Virus record (IMG/VR): IMGVR_UViG_3300003962_000013
Span: 1-64,000 of that record
DNA: 64,000 bases
Strand: one strand, 5' to 3'
Source: a virus
Taxonomy: Duplodnaviria; Caudoviricetes
Numbering within the stretch: the first letter of the stretch is position 1; each line of letters begins with the position of its first letter. This document shows, in pieces, positions 50,713 to 59,175 of the stretch. A model generated the notes under the pieces. That model worked only from the letters and a program-made list of their open reading frames with translations. It was not told the DNA's origin and made no database searches. The position numbers and the translations under genes are program-made.

Positions 50713-52222
50713 TTCCTATTGTATATTCTTGATTAAGTCTTATCCAATTATCTGTGTTACTAAAAGATCCACTATATGATCTTAATGTTATTCCATTTAA
50801 TGAATTTACATCTGTTACGTCTACATATCCTATATTTTGAGTTGATCCTTGACGTACTGTTAATAATGTTTTTGTTCCTGGGGATGCTGATTTTATGGTT
50901 CCTACTCCTCCTTGTCTTGCCCCATAATGTCTTATATATCCTGTTACAATATATTCTTTTGAAGCTACTAATAATAAATCTATACTATTGGCTGCTGTTA
51001 TTTGTCCTATCATAAGTCCATAAGTTTCAAAAACATCCCCCGATATTGTAGTATCTCCTTGAAACCAAAGTTCTCCAGAAACTGTTAATTTATTAGTTAA
51101 GGTTAATGTAGTAAGACCTGTAGTTGTAGTTATATTATTCCAAATTATACCATCAGTAGCTAAAGTGCAATTAGATGATATACTCATAGTAGATCCAGTA
51201 GTAATTACTGTTCCTGCGGTATATGTAAAAGTATTTAAATTAAATCTTAAAGTAGTTCCTATAGTTATTGTTCCTAATGTGTTTATTTCAATATTAATTC
51301 TAAAATTACCCGTTGAACTTGTATTTTGAATTGTTCCAGTTCCGTTTAAAATTATATTTGTTGTTCCCGAAACCATTGTGTTTACCTTTGTATTTAAACC
51401 GCCTCCAACATATAAATTAAACCCATTTATTGCAAATGTAACAGCACTTCCATCACCCAACAAAGTCCCTGACATTGTTATATCATTTGACAATGTTAAA
51501 ACAGTATTGTTTAATGCAGTTATATTTCCGAAATTCAAACCCGTTCCCGTAAAAGTTACGTTTCCTGTTAATGCCGTAGTACTCCCAATTGAAGCCATTG
51601 TTCCCGAAATCCAAGTTACTATATTTCCGTTTAGATAAAAATTGTTTGACAATGTAAATGTTCCTACTGTATTAATTGTAATCGGGTTTGAAATATATGC
51701 CGCTCCAGCGGCCCATGAAGTTGTGCCTGTAATGTGTATCGCTGTTGTGCCGTTTACGGTACACCCATTTCCGTGACTTATTGATGTTCCACTAACGTAT
51801 AAAATAGAACCATTTAAAGTTACAGTTATAGCAGCGTTGACAAACGTTAAAATGCTTGAAACGTCCCAATTATCAGCAAGAGTTACTGTAATCGTATTTG
51901 AAAATTGTAATCTCGGAATATCTTTTCCATTACTTGTTAGAGTTGAAGTTGCATTGACTACTAAACTTGTTGTAAATGTACCCCAAACAACACTTGCTCC
52001 AAGTGTAACATTTCCACTAACAGTCAATCCGGCCGTGTTTACAAATGTTCCCGAATAAGTCCCGAAATTAATTGTTTTACAAACAGCTGCAGATGTAACA
52101 CTACAATTCACATTGGTACTAAATATTACATCATCGGCATTTGTAGGTACAAAACCCTCAGACCAATTAGTAGCAGTAGTCCAATTATTATTAGTTGCTC
52201 CTGTCCAAGTTCTTGTAGGCAT
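50702..52222 (-). CDS. beta-helical virion protein (fibre/decoration candidate)
   Basis: TWTGA...W....NW....VP...DDV; G/T/N rich. Confidence 0.6.
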   Translation of the reverse strand: MPTRTWTGATNNNWTTATNWSEGFVPTNADDVIFSTNVNCSVTSAAVCKTINFGTYSGTFVNTAGLTVSGNVTLGASVVWGTFTTSLVVNATSTLTSNGKDIPRLQFSNTITVTLADNWDVSSILTFVNAAITVTLNGSILYVSGTSISHGNGCTVNGTTAIHITGTTSWAAGAAYISNPITINTVGTFTLSNNFYLNGNIVTWISGTMASIGSTTALTGNVTFTGTGLNFGNITALNNTVLTLSNDITMSGTLLGDGSAVTFAINGFNLYVGGGLNTKVNTMVSGTTNIILNGTGTIQNTSSTGNFRINIEINTLGTITIGTTLRFNLNTFTYTAGTVITTGSTMSISSNCTLATDGIIWNNITTTTGLTTLTLTNKLTVSGELWFQGDTTISGDVFETYGLMIGQITAANSIDLLLVASKEYIVTGYIRHYGARQGGVGTIKSASPGTKTLLTVRQGSTQNIGYVDVTDVNSLNGITLRSYSGSFSNTDNWIRLNQEYTIGNGS

Positions 52223-52416
52223 TATTCTTTAGGAACTATATTTAAATTATTATTTTCAGTTATTTCTCTGTTTTGAATACCTCTAATTATATCTGCTTCA
52301 TCTTTAGGCATAAAATGAGGTATATCAATTATTTTAGTTGAACCATCACTTAAAGTAAATTCTACAGTAGTGATAACTGTTATTTGATCTCTTCTATTTA
52401 CTATTGTATATGACAT
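52222..52416 (-). CDS. hypothetical protein
   Basis: ORF, operon packing. Confidence 0.6.
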   Translation of the reverse strand: MSYTIVNRRDQITVITTVEFTLSDGSTKIIDIPHFMPKDEADIIRGIQNREITENNNLNIVPKE

Positions 52417-52422
52417 AATTTA

Positions 52423-54843
52423 TTATATTTTTTTATGTGTTATTAATTCTAATCTAGCCCATGTACACAATGATGATGTAAGCACATTAAATCCAATTAT
52501 ATATCCATTATCAAAAGATGATGTCCAATTAGTTAAATTAGTACTCGAAGTTATAAGACTAGCTGTTATAAAAGGTATTTGAGCATCTGTTATTGTATTC
52601 GAACCTATAGGAAATTCAGTTTGGGATGAAGTAACCCACACATCTATTTTTAATGCTCCTGTTGGACTACACATTAAATTCCATCCAACAAAGCTTCCTG
52701 AATATGATAATCTTGAATAATTTTTTTGTCCTGTAGTTATAACTCCCCCTTGACCATCTAAAATTAATACTACTGATCCTGTATTATTACTAATTGCTAC
52801 ATTTCCACCACCTGTTCCTCCATTCAAAGCATATGAAGCTGTTAGAGCATAAGATGCAGTTCCCAACAAACTTCCAGTAAATGAACCAGTGAATGAACCA
52901 GTTGTTGTTCCACCCGTTGAATTTAAAGCATATGAGGCTGTTAGAGCATAACTAGAACTTAATGCTTGAGATGAAGTTGCACTATATGAAGAACTTATTA
53001 CTGATCCACCATAATATGATGCTGTAGAGGCATATGAAGCACTCGCTACAGAACCTCCATAATAACTGGCTGTTTGAGCTGTTATAACATAAGATGCAGT
53101 ATTAGCATTAGATGCGGTTATAACATTAGTTGCCCAACTTGCAGTACCATTTAAATTTCCTATAAATGATCCAGTAAATGAACCGGTGTTATATGAGCCA
53201 GTAAATGCATTAAAACTTGAAGTGGTTACAAATGAACCAGTATCAATTGTAGTTCCGGCATTTAAGGAATAACTTGCTGTTATAGCATAACTTGAAGTAC
53301 CCTGTAATGAACCTGTAAATGAAGTGGCTTCTAAACTTCCTGTTAATCCATAAGATCCAGTTAATTGTTTTGAATTAATCCATACACTTCCACTTTTTAC
53401 TAATAAATCTCCATATGAACTAGTAGTAGAAGAATTTATTACATCATGTAATTCTCCTATCTCATATCCATTCATTATATCAACATATATTACCCCATCA
53501 ACTGCTTGAGTAATAGTTTTCCCTAATCTCACTTCATGCAGAGGAGATATTGGTAATGTTGATGTATAATCTCCACTTGATGAAAGATATAATTGAGTAC
53601 CAGGAGAATAAGCAGTAGTATCTATTCCTCTTATTAATCCATTAGTAATTACATAACCTGTTTGATTGTTAGAAATATTTTGTGCTACCCATCCTACTGT
53701 GGTTGAAGATTGAGCTTCATTAGAATAACTTGCTGTTACAACGGTAGGTCTATTTCCACTTTCACCATTAACATATACTATTTTTCCTTTAGCTAATACA
53801 TCCCCAGTTACATTTCTTACTCTAACAACATTTTGATGACCAACTTCAATCATAAAGTTGTTCACATCAGTATCTATTTGGATTGTTTTAACATCATCTT
53901 TCCAATGTATTCTTCCTTCTTGATGAGGATAACCATCTACTGTTACAAAATCTATGTAATCTACAGTTGATATATGAGATTGTGTTACGAGTAATGATCC
54001 AGTTAATATTACATTTTGATGTAATGGATTAACATATGAAGCAGTAGAAGCATTTGAAGCACTTAAAGCTTGTAAAGCATAAGATGCTGTACCTAATAAA
54101 CTTCCTGTGAATGAACCTGTAAATGAGCTTGTATTATATGAAGAACTAAAAGTTAAAAAACTACTTGATAATAAAACAATACTGGAGCTGTTGTTTAAAA
54201 TGCGAGTATTGAAAGAAGCACTATCTACATAATACGATGCAGTAAAATTGTTAAATGAGCTGCTTAATAATAGAGATCCAGTGTTATTACTTGTTAATAA
54301 ATCATATCCATTTAAGGTTCCTGATCCTGTTATATCTAAAGATCCTGTAAATTGAGCAGGACCTATGTTTTTAAATGTATTTGAACCACTAACTATTAAT
54401 GAACCAGTTACTACTGCATTACCTACAATTTGTAATCCATTACCATAAAAACTAGAAGCAGTAATTGGAAGTGTAGTTACATTTCCATTGTTTGTTATAT
54501 CTTGTAAATTAGCTGAGAATGAACCAGTAAACGAACCACTAAAAACTCCACCCCCATTTCCGTAAAATGAACCAGTAAAGTAGGGGGAGGAGATGGTATT
54601 AGCATTTATACTTCCTGAAACATTGATTGAACCTGTAAAATTAAAAGAACCAGATGTTGGAAATTCACCTTTGGCTCCCATAGGTCCTGTCAGTATTTGT
54701 ACTACAGAAGTTACTGGTTGAGTAACGGAAACTTCAGTACAACAATTATTATCAATTACAGTAATAGATTTATTATTATCTTGTAAAATGACTTGATTGT
54801 TGTTAGGAATAATATTTATTGGGCCTACACAATTATCTACCAT
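52423..54843 (-). CDS. Ser/Thr-rich repetitive virion protein (fibre/decoration)
   Basis: many TGSF and TASYA repeats around a globular domain. Confidence 0.7.
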   Translation of the reverse strand: MVDNCVGPINIIPNNNQVILQDNNKSITVIDNNCCTEVSVTQPVTSVVQILTGPMGAKGEFPTSGSFNFTGSINVSGSINANTISSPYFTGSFYGNGGGVFSGSFTGSFSANLQDITNNGNVTTLPITASSFYGNGLQIVGNAVVTGSLIVSGSNTFKNIGPAQFTGSLDITGSGTLNGYDLLTSNNTGSLLLSSSFNNFTASYYVDSASFNTRILNNSSSIVLLSSSFLTFSSSYNTSSFTGSFTGSLLGTASYALQALSASNASTASYVNPLHQNVILTGSLLVTQSHISTVDYIDFVTVDGYPHQEGRIHWKDDVKTIQIDTDVNNFMIEVGHQNVVRVRNVTGDVLAKGKIVYVNGESGNRPTVVTASYSNEAQSSTTVGWVAQNISNNQTGYVITNGLIRGIDTTAYSPGTQLYLSSSGDYTSTLPISPLHEVRLGKTITQAVDGVIYVDIMNGYEIGELHDVINSSTTSSYGDLLVKSGSVWINSKQLTGSYGLTGSLEATSFTGSLQGTSSYAITASYSLNAGTTIDTGSFVTTSSFNAFTGSYNTGSFTGSFIGNLNGTASWATNVITASNANTASYVITAQTASYYGGSVASASYASTASYYGGSVISSSYSATSSQALSSSYALTASYALNSTGGTTTGSFTGSFTGSLLGTASYALTASYALNGGTGGGNVAISNNTGSVVLILDGQGGVITTGQKNYSRLSYSGSFVGWNLMCSPTGALKIDVWVTSSQTEFPIGSNTITDAQIPFITASLITSSTNLTNWTSSFDNGYIIGFNVLTSSLCTWARLELITHKKI

Positions 54844-55223
54844 TATCTAGTTATTTCTTTAGATAGTTTTACTTGTCCTTCTAAAATTCTAGTTACTATA
54901 CTCCCTGAGTGAATTTCTAAATCATATAATCCTGTGTCAAAATCTAATAATGAAGAAGAGATTGCAGAAATATATATACCTATAGAGCCGGAGGTTGGGG
55001 GTGTAGAATTGTTAGATCCACTAAAATTTAATCCTGTTCCATCCGCTTGAAGAGAACTACTTAAAGTAATATATACTGTAGATGAAGGTTGAGTAGGACG
55101 TATTTGCATTCTTCCTCCATAAGATGAAAGATCTATAGGATTCCCTGAGGAATCTTTGTATTGAAGTTCTAAATTTAAAGTTGAACCTTGTTCTATTAAA
55201 AATGAATATCTCCCTGCGCTCAT
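54843..55223 (-). CDS. putative fibre-attachment/structural protein
   Basis: IEQGST, YDLEI, RILEG. Confidence 0.6.
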   Translation of the reverse strand: MSAGRYSFLIEQGSTLNLELQYKDSSGNPIDLSSYGGRMQIRPTQPSSTVYITLSSSLQADGTGLNFSGSNNSTPPTSGSIGIYISAISSSLLDFDTGLYDLEIHSGSIVTRILEGQVKLSKEITR

Positions 55224-55225
55224 AA

Positions 55226-55810
55226 TTATTTTAATTGATTTGATTTATTTCTATTTCCTATTTGATTAGAACCATATTGTTCTGCTATTTCTGTTGTTTT
55301 AAAACGAGGCATTAAATTAGTATAGTGAAAACACTTTTGTTGTTCTTCTAATTTAGTTAAATCAAATTTTGAACAAGGTTTAATATGATCTATTTCCCAT
55401 ATTTTTCCATAATTATTCCAATCCATTTTATTGATGAATTGTTGTTCTAAATATAATTTAAATTCAATTACTGAGCATCCTAATAATGTTATAATAGATT
55501 TTGATTTTGAATTGGAATTAATTGCTTTAAAAAATCTAGATCTTAGATTATCAGAAATTCTAAATTGGATATTATTTTTTCTTTTATTGGATTTATAAAT
55601 ATTACTATATATAGTTTTTCTTTTTCTATTTATAATATTATATTTTTTAAAATATAATTTTTGTTGTTCTTTAATACTATTTTTATATTGTTTAGTACAT
55701 AATTTACATCTAGGTTCTTTCCCATCTGGAGAGTTTTTGTTATTTGAAAAATAATTATTCTCTTGTGGGATTTTACATTTATTACAAATTTTTGTATATA
55801 AATATTGCAT
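55226..55810 (-). mobile_element. HNH homing endonuclease
   Basis: CxxC; WEIDHIKP..NLMP..IGNRNKSN; paralog of 11196 and 57337. Confidence 0.88.
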
Positions 55811-55841
55811 TTTTTATTTTATTATAAATATTAAAAAGGTT

Positions 55842-55870
55842 AAAAAAGCTACCCATGTTAATGAGTAGCT
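55842..55870 (-). terminator. putative terminator after phoH
   Basis: AGCTAC..GTAGCT stem and U-run. Confidence 0.55.
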
Positions 55871-55918
55871 ATTATTATATTAACTTTGCAGAATTAATAT
55901 AATTAATTAAACCAATGT

Positions 55919-56602
55919 TTAATCTCGAAATTCATCATATACTTTTAAAATGTCTTCAACTATTTCATGTCGATGATTTTTCTTTAAAGTAACAATTCTA
56001 ACACCTTTGATTCTTTCTTCTAAACGTGGAAAAAAACCAATACCTGATTCTTTTTTGCTTTTTAAATCTACTTGAGCTAAATCACCACAAAATACTATTT
56101 TACCGCCTTTACCTAAACGACCTAACATCATTTCAGTTTGTGGTCCTGTAATATTTTGACATTCATCTACTATAACAAAACAATTAGGAAATGTTCTACC
56201 TCTCATAAATGCAAATGGTACAATTTCAATCTGATTTTCTTGAACCATTTTATCTATTTTTTCTTTATCATATAATAAATATAAATTAGAATATATTGGA
56301 GCTAGCCAAGGGTCCATTTTTTCTTTTAAATCACCTGGGAGGAAACCAATTTCTTCTTTTGATACAGTTGGACGCGTAATAACAATTTTATCCATTTCTT
56401 TTTTGAAAACCATATCTAAAGCAATTTGACATGCCACCAATGTTTTTCCTGAGCCAGCCATCCCTTTAAGTAATGTAACAGGATTTTCCAATATAATTTG
56501 TTTGGCTTCTTTTTGTTCTTCGTTAAGTGATAACTTGAACTTTATTTCTCCTTTTGGTTTTCGTTTTTCTTTGAAAACATCTTCATTATTGTTTTGAGAC
56601 AT
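55919..56602 (-). CDS. phoH: PhoH-like ATPase
   Basis: GMAGSGKT, GFLPGDL.EK, FMRGRTF, DECQN, GD..QVD. Confidence 0.95.
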   Translation of the reverse strand: MSQNNNEDVFKEKRKPKGEIKFKLSLNEEQKEAKQIILENPVTLLKGMAGSGKTLVACQIALDMVFKKEMDKIVITRPTVSKEEIGFLPGDLKEKMDPWLAPIYSNLYLLYDKEKIDKMVQENQIEIVPFAFMRGRTFPNCFVIVDECQNITGPQTEMMLGRLGKGGKIVFCGDLAQVDLKSKKESGIGFFPRLEERIKGVRIVTLKKNHRHEIVEDILKVYDEFRD

Positions 56603-56620
56603 AATTTTTGTTTATAAATA

Positions 56621-57340
56621 TTAATTAAATTTTACTTTAACCAAAGGATCGATTCCTGCTTCGATATGCCATGTATTTTGTTGACATAAAGTAAAATCAT
56701 ATCTTTCGTCAAACGGAAGTATTAATTCTGCTTGGCTACCCCATCTTACTAAAGCAAATCGTTGGTTTTGAGAAAATAATTCATTTTGACCTAAAACAAA
56801 AGGACATATTACATTTACATCTTCATCTGCTATTAAAGTAATATAATAAGTGTAATCAAGTAGTGATGAATAAACTTCAACTAACATTCTTTCATTATAC
56901 TTCAGATAATCCATATTATCAGGATTAATAGCTTGATTCAATAAATCTTTTTCAACTGCGAGCATTGGTCTGTTTGTTGACTCAATAGGTTCTAGTTGTT
57001 TATAACGTACTACTCCTCCATAAGGAATACGAATTATATGAGGGTCATAAAATGATAAAAATACACCCACAACAAGTGAAGGTTTATTATATGTTTTATC
57101 ACCTATAACATCTTGTAAAGTGTAATTTATACCTTTTATCTCAACTACTTTATCTGATGGATTATTTATATGTTTTTGATACATTATAGTTCCATCACAA
57201 GGTGAGTAGAAATGTTCGTTATCAATATAATTAGGCCTCTGCGGATCGCGGAAAAAAAACTGTGTGCTAAGTTTGGTGAGATTCATTTTTTTACATTTGG
57301 AAATGTCTTCTTTAATCCACTGTTCTAACGATTTACTCAT
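56621..57340 (-). CDS. phosphatidylserine-decarboxylase-fold pyruvoyl enzyme
   Basis: FFFRDP.R, SPCDG, FLS.YDPH, WGS self-cleavage motif. Confidence 0.8.
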   Translation of the reverse strand: MSKSLEQWIKEDISKCKKMNLTKLSTQFFFRDPQRPNYIDNEHFYSPCDGTIMYQKHINNPSDKVVEIKGINYTLQDVIGDKTYNKPSLVVGVFLSFYDPHIIRIPYGGVVRYKQLEPIESTNRPMLAVEKDLLNQAINPDNMDYLKYNERMLVEVYSSLLDYTYYITLIADEDVNVICPFVLGQNELFSQNQRFALVRWGSQAELILPFDERYDFTLCQQNTWHIEAGIDPLVKVKFN

Positions 57341-57975
57341 AATATTTTATTTGATTTATTTCTATTTCCTATTTTATCTTTATAACCAAAAGATTGAGCA
57401 ATTTTAGTAGTCTTAAATATAGGTCTAGTATTCTTATAATTAAAACATTCTTTTTGTTGTTCTATATCTTCTAAATCAAATCTACTACAAGGTTTAATAT
57501 GATCTATTTCCCAAACTATCCCATGATTTTCCCAAGTAAATTCAGGGAGAAATTGTTGTTCTAAATATAATTTATAAAATATTATTGTACAACCTATAAA
57601 TTCTAAAGTATTATTTTGTTTAGTAATATTATTAGTATGTAAAACTTCTCTAATTCTATTACTTATATTTAATCTTAATTTAACTTGTTTATTAGAATGA
57701 TATTGTTTTACTCTATATTTATTTATCTTTTTTCTACTAATTAAATTATATTCTTTTTGGTAATTGTATTTTTCATAGTGAATTTTGTGATAATCATGTC
57801 TTGCTTTTTTATTTTCAGAATGATAATTACTACTATACCCTCTTTTACATCCCTTACATTGATTTTCTAAACCATCTTTAGTTCTATTATGTTTATAAAA
57901 ATTATTTAGTGTTTTAAATTCATTACAAACTCTACAATTCTTTTTTAGCTCTATCTCTTTGTCGTTGTTTTTCAT
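57337..57975 (-). mobile_element. HNH homing endonuclease (likely start ATG 57975)
   Basis: CRVC/CKGC; WEIDHIKP; IGNRNKSNK. Confidence 0.88.
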
Positions 57976-58072
57976 CACATTTTTCTTTGTTTTTCCAATA
58001 ATATTTCTTGGATGCCTTAGCTCTAGAAGCTTGCTTCTCTTCAGGAGTATTGTATTTTTTTAGGCGGCCCAT
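57932..58072 (-). CDS. 46-aa basic leader ORF overlapping the HNH gene (not in track)
   Basis: MGRLKKYNTPEEKQASRAKASKKYYWKNKEKCDEKQRQRDRAKKEL*; paralog of 5434-5583. Confidence 0.75.
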   Translation of the reverse strand: MGRLKKYNTPEEKQASRAKASKKYYWKNKEKCDEKQRQRDRAKKEL

Positions 58073-58080
58073 TTATCGGA

Positions 58081-58124
58081 TATAAATATGTTAAAAAGAA
58101 TAAAGATCAAAAGAAAGATGACAA
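58081..58124 (-). promoter_or_regulatory. ATATTTATA motif plus tandem direct repeat
   Basis: TATAAATAT at 58081-58089; AAAGATCAAAA at 58102 and AAAGATGACAA at 58114. Confidence 0.65.
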
Positions 58125-58125
58125 G

Positions 58126-59040
58126 TTATACAACTGATTTTTTATAATCTACATAATTCAAGTTTAAGATACAGCAACTGAGAAGTGCACCTGATTTCAT
58201 ATATTCACTTAAATTAAATATAATAGGTTCTAAACCTTCTTCTCCACATATCTTAGTTAAATTATCTATTTTAGTTTTTTCTAATTGGTAATCTTCTGAT
58301 TTTTTATCTAATTCAGAAATATTTGAAGCACATAAAATCATATTACCCAATCTAGCTGAATTAGTTATTCCACCAAATGCATCATCCTCACTTACGTCTA
58401 TAACCTTAGTATAGCATTTTAACTCACTTATCTCATCTGGAGTATATAAGGATGTACAAATCATAGTTTTCTCATTTGTTAACGGGAAAACTGAACAATC
58501 TAAATGGTATAAATAAGGTTCAACCATATGTAATCTAATAATTTTCATATCAAAATTTTGTTCCATCCAATCATAAGCTTCTAAGGTTGAACGTTGTCCA
58601 TAACCTCCAACATATATGTTATCTTTTAGATATTTAAGATCTGCAACACCTTCCCATTTAAATGGACAAATAAATGTTTCATACCCCATCATATCAAAAA
58701 ATTCCTTACCAATCCATTCTTCACCACGTCTTGGTTCTGAAGTATAATTAGATAATAACATTACATTACGATCTTTGATATGAGGTAAATGTAAACCTAA
58801 ATTAGCTACATATACTTGGTCTTGAAAATCACCTTTACTAGGTAATAAATAAACTAATCCTTGACCAGCCATAAAGCTATATAAATCCATGAATTGTTTA
58901 TAGGCTTTAGGTCTATTAATTTCTAATTCTTCAGGTTTAAGTTCTTCCATCCAAATATTATTTGGTTCTTTTGCGGATAAGGTGAATGGAAAATTCATTA
59001 CATAACTAGGTATGTTTAATTGTGATGGAGTTTCTTTCAT
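58126..59040 (-). CDS. pentein (amidinotransferase/arginine dihydrolase-like) enzyme
   Basis: DQVYVAN, R.GE, WEGVAD, YHLDC, KSGALLSC. Confidence 0.82.
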   Translation of the reverse strand: MKETPSQLNIPSYVMNFPFTLSAKEPNNIWMEELKPEELEINRPKAYKQFMDLYSFMAGQGLVYLLPSKGDFQDQVYVANLGLHLPHIKDRNVMLLSNYTSEPRRGEEWIGKEFFDMMGYETFICPFKWEGVADLKYLKDNIYVGGYGQRSTLEAYDWMEQNFDMKIIRLHMVEPYLYHLDCSVFPLTNEKTMICTSLYTPDEISELKCYTKVIDVSEDDAFGGITNSARLGNMILCASNISELDKKSEDYQLEKTKIDNLTKICGEEGLEPIIFNLSEYMKSGALLSCCILNLNYVDYKKSVV

Positions 59041-59117
59041 TTTTTAAATTTAATTTATTAATACTTAATATATAATAAGTATATTGTATCTCCAAGGAAT
59101 TTTTAGAAAGAAGTAAA

Positions 59118-59147
59118 GAAAAAGAAAAGCCGAGCTGAGCTCGGCCT
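59118..59147 (-). terminator. intrinsic terminator after major capsid gene
   Basis: GCCGAGC-TGA-GCTCGGC followed by a U-rich tract. Confidence 0.8.
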
Positions 59148-59175
59148 TATCTTTTAACACTATTATGTTAATTTA

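Noticed and set aside
52800-53330. Tandem DNA repeats as a CRISPR array or DGR template
   Set aside because: They are degenerate coding repeats (TGSF/TASYA) varying at synonymous sites; no reverse transcriptase present
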